A stretch of DNA of 64,000 nt, from sequence record PQ382034.1. One strand, 5' to 3'. This stretch comes from Acinetobacter phage vB_AbaSI_3. A program made the translations under genes and the position numbers. The notes under the pieces were generated by a model that ran no database searches, was not told the DNA's origin, and saw nothing but the letters and a program-made list of their open reading frames with translations. This document shows, piece after piece, positions 20,618-31,020 of this stretch (positions are counted from its first letter, which is position 1; each line of letters begins with the position of its first letter).

Positions 20618-22334
20618 TACATTTTCATCATCTAAACCTGCATCTGAGCAAACTACACTTAGACGCCCTCCAAAGCCAATAGCCGAAGAAGCTCCAGCAA
20701 ATGATGAAGTTTTTGATGCAGGCCCAGAAGGAGCAAAAGAAGAAACATTAAGTAGTATCGATACTAATACGCAGGAACAAGTTGGCATACAACGACAACA
20801 ACTTGGCGCAGCCAATCTTTCGCTAGGCATACAAGACCTTCAAAATCAAAAGCTAGAAGAAATATCTGCTTCTACATCTGGGATCTCGTCTAAGCTTAGT
20901 GCACTAAGCGATAAACTAAAGCAAAAGTATGAAGCCGCTGCACCAGTAAGTGAAGCGCCTATTCAAAATGCCGATTCAACATCAGAGATTCTTGCTAATA
21001 AACTTAATGCTAAAGATTCTTCTGCACAGGCGCCTGAGCCGGTAAAAATAGTTCCCGATGAGAAGAAACCATCTGAAGATTTATTATCTAAACCTTCAGA
21101 GGTTAAAGGTGCGCCAGACAATACAGCATCAATGATAGTTGGTGCTGTAAAGGGAGTCCAAGGTGCTATAACTGCTGGATTCAAAAAGACCACTAGCATC
21201 GCAGATAAAATTTCTGGGATGTTGCTAAAGTATACAGTTACCCAAGCTGTTCAAGCAGCTAAACTCGCTTTAGCCGTATTTGCTATTATTTTTGCAATTG
21301 ACATGTTGAAAATTGCATGGCAGGTTTGGGGCGACAAAATCATGGCAAAGTTTGAAGAATGGAGCCAAACGTTCGGAAAATGGTGGGACAATTTTAAACA
21401 ATGGTCATCATATTTCTCTGACATGAAAAATTCATTCGAAGGCATGAAAGGCGACTTAATGGGCATCCGAAATGCATGGGAATCTGGTGATTGGCCGGCA
21501 CTTGCATCTGCAATAGGAACTGCATTTATAGATGGCATCAAAACACTTAGTGGTATGTTAGATCGTGTAATTACAAAACTTGTTGCTACGCTATTAGACA
21601 AATTAGGCTTTAGCAAAGCAGCCAAGGCAATAGAAGCTGAAGGTCTTCAAAACTATCAAAACATGACTAACAATAGATTGTCCCCAGAAAATCAAAGGAA
21701 ACTTGCAGAAGAGCAAATTAGGCGCGAAGAGAAAGATGGGCTTACTCCTACTCAACGAGGCAAAACATCATTCTTACCAGATTCATGGCGTAAGAATCTT
21801 GGCTTAATTTCTGCCGATGAATATAACCAAATTCAAGCAGAGAAAAAGGACCAAAATGCAAGAAGAGGCTTAAGTCACGAAGATAATGTTAAAGCAGTAG
21901 CTGCTACAAATGAAGCACGCGAAGCTATAGCTCGCTTCAAAAATATTGCGGATAATGTTAATCCTAATAACCCTGCACAAGTCGCTGAAGCAGATAAATA
22001 CAAAAAGGAAGCACAACAATACATCAATAGTCCTGGCCTGGCATTGGTTCCAACAGTAAAAGCTGAATTACAGAATCAATTAGATAGCTATAAGCCTAAG
22101 AACAATGTAAAGGCATCTGTTCAGCCGGACAAGTCAACACCATCTAAAGATACACAATTAGTGCAAAATATTAAAGTTGCAGAAGCAAATAAAGTTTCTA
22201 GATCTGCTGCACAAGCTTCAACAACTGCAAATATTAATACTAATATTGTTAAAACTAATAAGAGTTATAACGTGCAAAGTCCTATAACTGGAACTCGTGC
22301 GCCAGGTGTATTTAAGGCTACTTCAGTTAATTAA
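20610..22334 (+). CDS. 29: Baseplate hub subunit and tail length determinator gp29
   Basis: 574 aa (T4 gp29 is 590 aa). Gln/Ala/Lys-rich extended protein. Synteny. Confidence 0.75.
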   Translation: MNNTFSSSKPASEQTTLRRPPKPIAEEAPANDEVFDAGPEGAKEETLSSIDTNTQEQVGIQRQQLGAANLSLGIQDLQNQKLEEISASTSGISSKLSALSDKLKQKYEAAAPVSEAPIQNADSTSEILANKLNAKDSSAQAPEPVKIVPDEKKPSEDLLSKPSEVKGAPDNTASMIVGAVKGVQGAITAGFKKTTSIADKISGMLLKYTVTQAVQAAKLALAVFAIIFAIDMLKIAWQVWGDKIMAKFEEWSQTFGKWWDNFKQWSSYFSDMKNSFEGMKGDLMGIRNAWESGDWPALASAIGTAFIDGIKTLSGMLDRVITKLVATLLDKLGFSKAAKAIEAEGLQNYQNMTNNRLSPENQRKLAEEQIRREEKDGLTPTQRGKTSFLPDSWRKNLGLISADEYNQIQAEKKDQNARRGLSHEDNVKAVAATNEAREAIARFKNIADNVNPNNPAQVAEADKYKKEAQQYINSPGLALVPTVKAELQNQLDSYKPKNNVKASVQPDKSTPSKDTQLVQNIKVAEANKVSRSAAQASTTANINTNIVKTNKSYNVQSPITGTRAPGVFKATSVN

Positions 22335-22343
22335 GGAATTAAA

Positions 22344-23435
22344 ATGAATTTTAAAGAACTAGACGATGATTTCTTAGCAAAGGCTGGCTCAATTATATCT
22401 GCTGGCCAGAGCCAAAAATCCAAAGAAACACAAGTAAAAACCTTGACCGCTCAGTATCCTGCTGAGCGTGCTTCAGGATACGATAGTACTGGAGATTCAA
22501 GAGAATTTGACCAACTCTATCAAAACGGCTTGCTTTTTACCGCATACGAATATTCATCTAGAACAACACCTAACTTACGTGATATGCGTACTACTATGCA
22601 AAAATCATACAAGTTATTAAATGCTATAGATAAAATCACGTCAGCAGTCAAAAGTGTCAAAGGCGGTTTAACATCAGCACAAAAAGATATGACAAAAAAG
22701 CCAGTTGCCAATATATTGCTGCCTAGATCAAAGAGCGATTCAGATGTAACAAGTCATAAGTTTAATGACGTAGGTGAATCATTATTAACTCGTGGCAACA
22801 ACACCATTACGGGTGTCCTAAGTAATATGGCATCTACTGCAGTGTTTGGCGCAATAGAATCTGTGACACAGGGTGTTATGGCTGACCATGGTGAACAAAT
22901 TTATAACACTGCTCGTTCCATGTACGCTGGCGCTGATAATAGAACTAAAATTTATACATGGGAATTTACACCAAGAACACCAGATGATTTAAATCAAATC
23001 TTAAAAATTTATGAGATTTTCAATTTCTTTTCATATGGCGTCACTGGTAACTCACAATTTGCCAAAGATGTTAAAAAGCACATCGATGATTGGTATAAAA
23101 ATACTATCATTAATAAAGTAAATGAAGAAGTTGGCGCAAAAACTCAGAAAACATTTATGGAATCTGTCACATCATTTTTGTCAAATGTCATTACAGTTTC
23201 TAACCCTACTGTATGGTTCATCCAGAACTTTGGCACACAATCAAAATATGATGGGTTGGCTGACATTTTTGGACCTGCTCAAATTCAAAGTATTCGTTTC
23301 GATAAAGCGCCTGATGGAAATTTTAACGGTCTTGCAATTGCTCCAAATATGCCATCAACATTTGTTCTTGAAGTAACATTTAGAGAAATTTTGACGCAAA
23401 ATAGAGCATCTATTTATGGAGAAGATGTACTATGA
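22344..23435 (+). CDS. 48: Baseplate tail tube cap gp48
   Basis: 363 aa (T4 gp48 is 364 aa). Synteny. Confidence 0.75.
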   Translation: MNFKELDDDFLAKAGSIISAGQSQKSKETQVKTLTAQYPAERASGYDSTGDSREFDQLYQNGLLFTAYEYSSRTTPNLRDMRTTMQKSYKLLNAIDKITSAVKSVKGGLTSAQKDMTKKPVANILLPRSKSDSDVTSHKFNDVGESLLTRGNNTITGVLSNMASTAVFGAIESVTQGVMADHGEQIYNTARSMYAGADNRTKIYTWEFTPRTPDDLNQILKIYEIFNFFSYGVTGNSQFAKDVKKHIDDWYKNTIINKVNEEVGAKTQKTFMESVTSFLSNVITVSNPTVWFIQNFGTQSKYDGLADIFGPAQIQSIRFDKAPDGNFNGLAIAPNMPSTFVLEVTFREILTQNRASIYGEDVL

Positions 23436-24310
23436 AGAATACTGCTATTGCGTTAACATTAGATGAATTTAATAGCCAAATCGCTAATAAAGATTTTCAA
23501 CGCACAAATATGTTCTCTATGCATTTTGCGACTAGACCTTCTTCAAAATCACAAGAATACATTGGGCAACTATCACGCAAAATTGATGATAGCATTGCTT
23601 CAACATTAGATGCCTTAGGAGTAACTAATGAAAATATCCAAAATGCAATTTCAACTATAGTTACAATTGGAACTCAAAAAGTAGTTAGAAAGGCTGGTGT
23701 AACAAAGGTCTTGATGGGTGCAATGACAAATAGGGTAGTGCAATCATTACTCGGTGAACTCAAAGTCGGCACCTATCTTTTAGAATATTTTGATTTAGCC
23801 TTTCCAACATCAGGATTGTTAGTACAATCATGTAAAATTCCGGATAACCATCTTAACTATGAGATGGACCGTCAACATAATGCACCTAGTGTAAAAATTA
23901 CGGGACGTGATTATGAGCCTCTTGTAATTACATTTAGAATGGATGCCGAATCAGCTAATTATCGTGCAATGATGGATTGGGTAAATGCAGTAGAAGATCC
24001 TATTACTGGGCTCCGAGGCTTGCCTATTGATGTTGAGGCAGACATTCAAATCAATTTGCATGGACGTAATGGTTATCCACACACCGCATATATATTCTCT
24101 GGATGTATCCCTATGGTAGTCGGTGGTCCGCAGTTGTCATATGAAGACAATAACCAAATTACCACATTTGACGTTACATATGCATATCGTTCGGTCCAAG
24201 TAGGTGCAGTAGGATTAAATGAGGCAAAAGAGTGGATGGAAAATTCTGCTATTAGCATAGGAAAAGGCCAATTTGACCCTACTATGAATTTTACTTCAAG
24301 ATTGTCATAA
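23432..24310 (+). CDS. 54: Baseplate tail tube initiator gp54
   Basis: 292 aa. Synteny after gp48. Confidence 0.75.
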   Translation: MKNTAIALTLDEFNSQIANKDFQRTNMFSMHFATRPSSKSQEYIGQLSRKIDDSIASTLDALGVTNENIQNAISTIVTIGTQKVVRKAGVTKVLMGAMTNRVVQSLLGELKVGTYLLEYFDLAFPTSGLLVQSCKIPDNHLNYEMDRQHNAPSVKITGRDYEPLVITFRMDAESANYRAMMDWVNAVEDPITGLRGLPIDVEADIQINLHGRNGYPHTAYIFSGCIPMVVGGPQLSYEDNNQITTFDVTYAYRSVQVGAVGLNEAKEWMENSAISIGKGQFDPTMNFTSRLS

Positions 24311-24333
24311 ATAAAATCATTAGGAGAATACTT

Positions 24334-26415
24334 ATGTTAGAAACATTAACAGAAGCACAATTAAATGAAGTGCTTGAAACTGAAGGCAATAATTATGATG
24401 TGGTAGATTTGATGCCTAAAGCCAAAACACCGCAAATGTTTTTGCTAAAAGGTGATGGCATTGACAATTTAGTTGTTCGTTTAATGGCACAAAAGGAAGG
24501 CGGTGATACACTACGCAATCTTATGCCTAATGATAAAAATGTTGTAGTGTTTATCATGACACTAAATGATAAAGGTAACTTAGCTGAACTTAAAGGCGGT
24601 CTTGGCGCTAATCCGCTTAAAGCACTTACTACAATTTTTGATACTGTTTATAGCGCAATCAAGCCATCTGTGGTAGAAACTGTTATGTTCAGATTCCCTG
24701 CAAAGAAAATGGCAGGTCAAGAACGCGGTATACGTCGTGTATTGGAACGCCTTATTCAGGTACGTGGTAAAAATCGTTTTGTAGTTCTATCTGAAATGGC
24801 AAGCTTCTCTGCCAAATATTCATACGTAGTTGCACATAAACGAAATTTAGAATTGACCGACATCCCTGGCGCATCAATTGACACTGAGCGTTATAAGAAA
24901 GTTGATACTAAGGTCGGTGAAGTGTATATTGACAATGAAACAGGTAAAGACGTATCAAAGGCGGAAGCTATTGCACAGGCTGTTTCTACTGCAGTTAGTA
25001 AATTAACTACACAATCAGTTATCGCAAAGTCTAAAATCAGCCGCCGTGAAGCAATGGCAGCGATGTATTCATCAAGTGAATTTAGTGGCAAACCTGACGC
25101 ACGCCGCCAAAAATATGATGATAGCCATGCAGTTGTGCCGGCAACAGGCAATAAAACTCTCATTCAACAAAACATTAACAATATTGATCTAAAGAGTATT
25201 GGCCAAACACTGATGGAGTATGAGCATGCAACATGGGAAGATGAAACAAAATCAAGAATTGCTATTACTCCAATAAGAAATATTGTTGTTCCGATGATCA
25301 ACGATGTATTCGGTCACCGATCTACGAGCAAAGAAGGCAAAGCAATGGCTTCTAATATTATTAGAGGCATTGGCACCATCATTGCTGATGCTAACCCTAA
25401 AGATTTGCAGTCAATGATGGTAAAAATTTCAGAATTCATCTCGACTACAAGTTTTGGTGAACTTGACAAAACTGGAAGAATTAACTTCGCTAGAGGTATA
25501 ATTTTTGGATTGTTAAATGGACCAATTGGTGGCAGAATACGTATTGCATACGAAGATGATGAGGCTGAACATAAGATTCGTCGTCAATACACTGAAGATC
25601 AGGTTGAAGCCATTAAAGCCTATACAGGTTCAGATTTTTCTGACATTAATGGATTCCTTATTGGCCACTATGGCACATACCCAGGCCTAGAAGAAACTAT
25701 TGCACATTTAGATGAAGCATTCAAAAATGGGACCACTCTAGAACGCGGAACAATATTATACCGCGGACAAAGTGTTAAGTATGGCCAAATGAAATCAATT
25801 ATGGATACAAAAATGATGTATTTTAGAAATTTTGTATCTACATCGTTATATCCAGTGATTTATGGTGGATTCGCAAATGCAGTTGCAAATATTGAACCTA
25901 CTGCACAAGATCAAACTCATTTCACATCTGTAGATTTATCAAAATCTACATCATATACAAGTGATGCACATGATGCGATGAATGCTGGTACAATCGAAGA
26001 TTCCAATTATAGCGTATCAGTGGCTATGGTGATCAAAGGAGCTGATAAAATCAACGTTATCGTTCCTGGTAATATGTCTTCATATCCAAATGAATGCGAA
26101 GTAATTTTACCTCGTGGCACAATACTTAAAATTAATAAAGTTGTTGGAGAATCATTTGACTTCGGAGACTCTAATAACTCTATGCTAATGGAAACAACAG
26201 TAGTTGGTCCTGATCAGATCGATGAAAATACAGAAATGTATGATGGTGACCTATTTTTAAGTGAAGGGCGATTAGAAGTCATAAAACCGAGTATTGGCGC
26301 ATTTTATAATAATGAAGTTATAAACGAAGCCGTTATCCCTAATAATGATGATGCAACATCCATATTATTATCATTGATTGATTTTACTGGTATGCCGCAA
26401 AAGTTCATTGATTAA
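24334..26415 (+). CDS. alt: Alt-like ADP-ribosyltransferase (head-packaged)
   Basis: 693 aa. R-S-E style ART motifs (ILYRGQ, STS, PNECEVILPRG). LTE/LETE gp21-type processing motifs near the N-terminus. Position after gp54 as in T4. Confidence 0.7.
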   Translation: MLETLTEAQLNEVLETEGNNYDVVDLMPKAKTPQMFLLKGDGIDNLVVRLMAQKEGGDTLRNLMPNDKNVVVFIMTLNDKGNLAELKGGLGANPLKALTTIFDTVYSAIKPSVVETVMFRFPAKKMAGQERGIRRVLERLIQVRGKNRFVVLSEMASFSAKYSYVVAHKRNLELTDIPGASIDTERYKKVDTKVGEVYIDNETGKDVSKAEAIAQAVSTAVSKLTTQSVIAKSKISRREAMAAMYSSSEFSGKPDARRQKYDDSHAVVPATGNKTLIQQNINNIDLKSIGQTLMEYEHATWEDETKSRIAITPIRNIVVPMINDVFGHRSTSKEGKAMASNIIRGIGTIIADANPKDLQSMMVKISEFISTTSFGELDKTGRINFARGIIFGLLNGPIGGRIRIAYEDDEAEHKIRRQYTEDQVEAIKAYTGSDFSDINGFLIGHYGTYPGLEETIAHLDEAFKNGTTLERGTILYRGQSVKYGQMKSIMDTKMMYFRNFVSTSLYPVIYGGFANAVANIEPTAQDQTHFTSVDLSKSTSYTSDAHDAMNAGTIEDSNYSVSVAMVIKGADKINVIVPGNMSSYPNECEVILPRGTILKINKVVGESFDFGDSNNSMLMETTVVGPDQIDENTEMYDGDLFLSEGRLEVIKPSIGAFYNNEVINEAVIPNNDDATSILLSLIDFTGMPQKFID

Positions 26416-26420
26416 ACCGC

Positions 26421-26448
26421 AAAAAGGAGCCAAATGGCTCCTTTTGTG
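26421..26448 (+). terminator. Terminator after alt
   Basis: aaaaaggagcc-aaat-ggctcc-ttttgtg. Confidence 0.75.
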
Positions 26449-26632
26449 TTATAACGTGTGTGCTATTCGATTGACTTCAATACCATTAACATTTTCATAT
26501 GTTATTAGACCGTCTATAAACTTATCGCGTTTAAATGTGCTGTCAAAATTAATCAGCGTCGTAGATGTAGATATTGCTACTTCTTGTCCTATGCATATTT
26601 TGCTATGGATTTCTAAAAGAACTTTGTACATG

Positions 26633-28123
26633 TTATACCTCGATCACGTTTAATGCTTCAGGGAACATGTCTTCAAGAGTATTAGTTTCATCTTTATCTC
26701 GTCGAAGACATTCGATTACTGGCAAGAATAACGATACATATTCAGTACGACCTTCGGCAGCAATCCATCCATTACACTTGATAGATACTACAGTACCAAT
26801 AAGATCATCTTGTTCTAACCAAAGTTTACTACGATTTAATTCGTCTAATTGATCATATGGAATAGGAATCCATTCACCTTTAACTTTGACTGCATTCGTA
26901 TCGGTGAATCCAGAACCACATTTAACACGAATTAAATTATCATCAGATCGCAAGAATACTGCACCAAGTTTAGTTGGATCTTTGCTATGTTCCTGAACTG
27001 ATACTACACGAAGATCAATGATAATTTCTTCTTTAAATTTGACCTGATTTTTAGAACGTTTGTTTTCCCAAAGTGCAAAAGTATTTTTAAGAATGATGCC
27101 TTCGAGACCTTGCTCAACATATTTTTTATAGATCGCTTTAGCTTCATCCAGGTTGTGTACAAGTGTAGATTCAATAAGAAGAACACGATTTGAATGTTTT
27201 AGAATTGAAGTTAAATCAGCAAAACGTTCGGTGTACTTTTTACTAGTTTGTCCATCATAAACCACGTTTAATGGAACTAAATCCCAGACTTGGAAACTTA
27301 ATGTTTCAGCTTCTTGTTTAGAAATAGTACCTTTAAGAGATTTATTTGCAAGCCCATTTGATTCGGAACGAAGTACAACATTTTTCTGGTCGACTTTAAA
27401 ATCCTCATCAACTTCTTGTGCATCACCAAACAAGTCTTCAAGGTCAACTTTATTTTTGACTGGGCGACTAACTGCAACTAATTCACCATCAACCATTACA
27501 GGGCCATGTTCTTGGCGATACGAACGAGTTGCTGCAATTAATTCTCGAGCAATATTATCTAAACCTTTATATTCATTACCTGCACGACTTAAGAATTTTA
27601 CATCTTCAATGTTATCACCACGAATTTCAGCGAAGCATCGAGCACCGTCAGCTTTAAGTTGGGCAATTGCAGGAAATTTAATGAAACTTAAAGCCTTTTC
27701 ACTCATCGATGATGCCAACATTTGTGGTTGTGATGGAATTAAACCTTTCCATACTTTATTAGCAATTGTTGCTGATGCACCACATTCAAGGTCACGTTTA
27801 ATAATACGACAAACAACTTCAGAATCTTCAGGTTGGAGTGCTGAAAGTTTTTGTGATAATGCGCCAATCGCAGTATTGCCAGTAAGTACACGAGTCGCTA
27901 GATCACGTTCTAAAAATTCTAAAACTGAATCTAATTCAACGTCTACCAATTTGCGAGAATTGTCATAGTCTGGAATTTTTTTGATGCCATATTGCAAACG
28001 AGGATGATATGCCATACGATACACATTTTTAAGTGTTTCATTATCGGCATTTGCCTTTAAGATTGCAAGTTTTTCGTTTGTTGAATCTGTCGATTCAATT
28101 GCTTTTAAAATATCTAAAATCAT
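26633..28123 (-). CDS. 30: ATP-dependent DNA ligase gp30
   Basis: 496 aa. KADG adenylation motif (QLKADGARCF). Synteny. Confidence 0.9.
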   Translation of the reverse strand: MILDILKAIESTDSTNEKLAILKANADNETLKNVYRMAYHPRLQYGIKKIPDYDNSRKLVDVELDSVLEFLERDLATRVLTGNTAIGALSQKLSALQPEDSEVVCRIIKRDLECGASATIANKVWKGLIPSQPQMLASSMSEKALSFIKFPAIAQLKADGARCFAEIRGDNIEDVKFLSRAGNEYKGLDNIARELIAATRSYRQEHGPVMVDGELVAVSRPVKNKVDLEDLFGDAQEVDEDFKVDQKNVVLRSESNGLANKSLKGTISKQEAETLSFQVWDLVPLNVVYDGQTSKKYTERFADLTSILKHSNRVLLIESTLVHNLDEAKAIYKKYVEQGLEGIILKNTFALWENKRSKNQVKFKEEIIIDLRVVSVQEHSKDPTKLGAVFLRSDDNLIRVKCGSGFTDTNAVKVKGEWIPIPYDQLDELNRSKLWLEQDDLIGTVVSIKCNGWIAAEGRTEYVSLFLPVIECLRRDKDETNTLEDMFPEALNVIEV

Positions 28124-28153
28124 AGAATACTCCAGTTTATAGAGACTATTATA

Positions 28154-28816
28154 TCACACTTCATCAGAAATTAAAACTGAATTTGGCAAAATATGTGCTA
28201 AATAGTGTAAACGAACTTCATTTAGATCCTTAGCAATAAAATGCGGTACATTTACTACTGGGCGAGGTCCACGTTGAATATAATAACGCGGGATATCAGG
28301 GAGTACACGTGCGGCAGATTCAATATTTGATCCTAAATCGTCAATAAACATTACAATATTTTGGTGTTTCTGTCTTACTCGCTCTAGTACTTTGTCTTTA
28401 CTTTCACCGAAATCACATACAAAAATGTCTTTGAATGCGCCAGGAAATAATGCGTTAAGGTTGAATAATCTATTCATTACAGTTTCTTTGTCTGTACCTA
28501 AAGCAGTAACTGCTACAAAATCCCAGTGTTCTTTCATCATATTGATCATTTCAAGCGCATCGTCATATGGTGCAAGATATTTAATAAAGTTTGATTTATT
28601 ATATTCTTCAACAAATGTTTTTGCAATAGAAGGATCACAACCAAATAATTGTGATGGCGACATGAATTCTTCAGTTAAAATACATTCAAGAGCTTTTTCT
28701 GTTGGGATCGCATGTTTTGCCATGAAGTAAGGTAGCCCAGATTGCCATTTAACACATACGCCATCAACATCAATTAATACCACTGGGCGTTTAGATTCAT
28801 TACGATTAAAATTCAT
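28154..28816 (-). CDS. HAD-superfamily phosphatase / 5'(3')-deoxyribonucleotidase-like
   Basis: 220 aa. N-terminal DxD motif (LIDVDGV). Late IDDLG motif. Confidence 0.5.
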   Translation of the reverse strand: MNFNRNESKRPVVLIDVDGVCVKWQSGLPYFMAKHAIPTEKALECILTEEFMSPSQLFGCDPSIAKTFVEEYNKSNFIKYLAPYDDALEMINMMKEHWDFVAVTALGTDKETVMNRLFNLNALFPGAFKDIFVCDFGESKDKVLERVRQKHQNIVMFIDDLGSNIESAARVLPDIPRYYIQRGPRPVVNVPHFIAKDLNEVRLHYLAHILPNSVLISDEV

Positions 28817-28817
28817 T

Positions 28818-29300
28818 TCATTTGCCTGAATAAGTAAGTTCTAGATAAGGAGTGTATTCATCACGAATCCTGTTCAGAATTCCGATAAATTCTGCTTCGG
28901 TAAGAATAGTATCAAATGGATCTGATTTCCCAATTGAATGTTTTAAAGTTTTGCCGATAGTTTTGTACAAAGCTTCTTGGTAGTTTACATTTTGCGCAAA
29001 ACAATGCATGTATGCTTTGTACAATAGTTCTTGATAAAATTCCGAGTGTCTATCAAATGGTTTACCTTGCCAATATAATGTTTGATTCTTAATTGGGCAA
29101 TCACGTCCTGCTTTCTTCGCAGGAATTCCACGCATTGCAAAGATTTCTTTTTGGCGTTCAGGATTGCTCTCTCGTAATCCCTGCAAGAACCCTTCAGTTG
29201 AACCAAAGAACATATCATCCATTATAAAAGGATTTTGTGTTAAGTTGCTGAGTTGTCCTGCCGGACCAGGCAATCTAAAGTATATATCTACAATATCCAT
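28818..29300 (-). CDS. NADAR (YbiA/DUF1768) domain protein
   Basis: 160 aa. IYFRLPGPAGQLSNLTQNPFIMDD...FGSTEGFLQ matches the NADAR signature of YbiA. Confidence 0.6.
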   Translation of the reverse strand: MDIVDIYFRLPGPAGQLSNLTQNPFIMDDMFFGSTEGFLQGLRESNPERQKEIFAMRGIPAKKAGRDCPIKNQTLYWQGKPFDRHSEFYQELLYKAYMHCFAQNVNYQEALYKTIGKTLKHSIGKSDPFDTILTEAEFIGILNRIRDEYTPYLELTYSGK

Positions 29301-29360
29301 AACAATCTCATGTTATTTTGATAGATTAATTATACCACATATCGAGAAGGATGTAAACAG

Positions 29361-29390
29361 CAAAATGGGCTCAATTGAGCCCATTTATTA
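29361..29390 (-). terminator. Terminator after the 214-aa ORF (minus strand)
   Basis: gggctc-aatt-gagccc with ttttg on the minus strand. Confidence 0.55.
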
Positions 29391-29404
29391 AGATGGATAT
29401 AATA

Positions 29405-30049
29405 TTAGAATACTGGAATAGTTTCTACACTATACGTACCTTTATCTAATTTTACTTCTTTGCCTTGAACTAATTGGTTAGCTTCTTGGTCAGTATAAGT
29501 TATTAAAAATGCCTTTAAAAGTGCTGGTAATCTTTCATGTGAACCAAATATGCGTAATAAATCCCATGATGAGCCCTTTTTGCGATATAGGCCATAAACC
29601 ACCTTTGGAGCTGAGGCTTCATCGAGTTGTACAGATTCTGCCATCTTTTGACGTTTAGCAGAACGGCCGAGGTGCATGTGTTGATCTAAGGCAGTGCCCT
29701 TTAAATTGCCTTTAGCTGTCGCTAAATCAGCTTTTGCAGTTGGACGATTAAAGTGTAATGCTTCGTCATTTTTGCCACCGAATTCTATACGTTGAAATTG
29801 ATCACCTTTTGCCTTACTATTGGTTTTAGTAATAACATAACCAGAAATTGTGCCATCAGCCTTTAAATCGTTGATATAAATATCTTCAATTTGTGTTTTA
29901 CCTTTAAGCAAACCTGCCATGATAAGGCTCTTTTCAATCCAACGCGCATCAACGTCAGAGGCAGAATATGTACGTTCATTAATTGCATTTGCATTAAAGT
30001 CGATTTCGATTCGTGAACATTCTGCAACTAATTGTGAGTATGATTTCAT
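29405..30049 (-). CDS. Hypothetical protein
   Basis: 214-aa ORF. A terminator hairpin lies downstream. Confidence 0.4.
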   Translation of the reverse strand: MKSYSQLVAECSRIEIDFNANAINERTYSASDVDARWIEKSLIMAGLLKGKTQIEDIYINDLKADGTISGYVITKTNSKAKGDQFQRIEFGGKNDEALHFNRPTAKADLATAKGNLKGTALDQHMHLGRSAKRQKMAESVQLDEASAPKVVYGLYRKKGSSWDLLRIFGSHERLPALLKAFLITYTDQEANQLVQGKEVKLDKGTYSVETIPVF

Positions 30050-30054
30050 TTATT

Positions 30055-30378
30055 TTATTTTCCTATAAGTTTAGAGCTTTGTAGAGGAATATGGATCGAG
30101 TTCCAGAGGTTTCTGTACATTTCGACGGATTCAATATGATATTCATTTTCTTCACCTTCTGTATGTGAATACTGAAAAATTCTATCGTTATTTTGCAAAA
30201 CACAGCTGCCTTTAAGCTCGGTGCCATCATATTTTAATACAGTCGATCCTATTTCTCGCCCAGCATTTAACTCAACAAATTTATAATCTTTAGAGCCTAA
30301 TTCTCTTGGAGTGTATAATTCATGAGGATATCCAGCATCCCGAGCGTCTTCAAATAGTGCACGAAAAGTTATCATTTT
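30055..30378 (-). CDS. Hypothetical protein
   Basis: About 107 aa if it starts at MITFRALF. The ORF track gives 30055..30423. Confidence 0.3.
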   Translation of the reverse strand, partial: KMITFRALFEDARDAGYPHELYTPRELGSKDYKFVELNAGREIGSTVLKYDGTELKGSCVLQNNDRIFQYSHTEGEENEYHIESVEMYRNLWNSIHIPLQSSKLIGK

Positions 30379-30614
30379 AAAGTTACCACTAAACGACGAA
30401 CTTCTTTGTTTGCACGCGAGCATAAGGGCTTAGCGTATTTAATCGAATCAATTTGATTGATAGATTCTAATAAGCGTTTTTGTGCAGGGTTGAGATGATT
30501 GAACCGATCTAAAATGGCTTTTGCTGCACCTAAGATGTCAAGCTCTGTGCCATAATTTTCATGTCCTTTATTCCAGGCTTCTCGTTGAATCATCAATATT
30601 TTTCTGATGTCCAT
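30372..30614 (-). CDS. Small protein at the rIII position (possible lysis-inhibition accessory rIII)
   Basis: 80 aa from MDIRKIL (T4 rIII is 82 aa). Lies directly after gp31 as in T4. A TATAAATA late promoter is upstream on the minus strand. Confidence 0.4.
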   Translation of the reverse strand: MDIRKILMIQREAWNKGHENYGTELDILGAAKAILDRFNHLNPAQKRLLESINQIDSIKYAKPLCSRANKEVRRLVVTLK

Positions 30615-30644
30615 GTTTTTCTCGTTTATTAATAATGTTAACAA

Positions 30645-30652
30645 TATTTATA
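30645..30652 (-). promoter_or_regulatory. Late promoter TATAAATA (minus strand) upstream of the rIII-like ORF
   Basis: Complement of tatttata. Confidence 0.5.
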
Positions 30653-30690
30653 AACGTGAATGGCATGCTTAGCATGCCATTTTTAATGAA

Positions 30691-31020
30691 TTAAAGATTT
30701 TTATATACGCAAGCAATATTACTAAAGTGTGTAGTTATATACTTGTCATCGCGATCTTTAGCTTCGCAAATACCTGCAACAACATCAGGATGAGGTACAT
30801 TTAATTTTTCGCCTAATGGAAATGGCGTCTTGTCACCAATTTCAAATAATCCAAATGGAACTGTAGGCCCAATTGCAAAGATTTCACACATATTAGGAAT
30901 TTCGCTTTCTTGCTTTGGAGGCAAAATAATACCTGATGCAGTTTTTTGTGCTGCACCTGCAGATTTAGCGACAGCTTTAAGAATTACATTACTTCCGAGT
31001 GCTACGATTTGTCCAGCCAT
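30691..31020 (-). CDS. 31: Co-chaperonin gp31 (GroES-like)
   Basis: 109 aa. KTASGIILPP resembles the GroES mobile-loop region. The C-terminus ...ACVYKNL resembles T4 gp31. Confidence 0.75.
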   Translation of the reverse strand: MAGQIVALGSNVILKAVAKSAGAAQKTASGIILPPKQESEIPNMCEIFAIGPTVPFGLFEIGDKTPFPLGEKLNVPHPDVVAGICEAKDRDDKYITTHFSNIACVYKNL

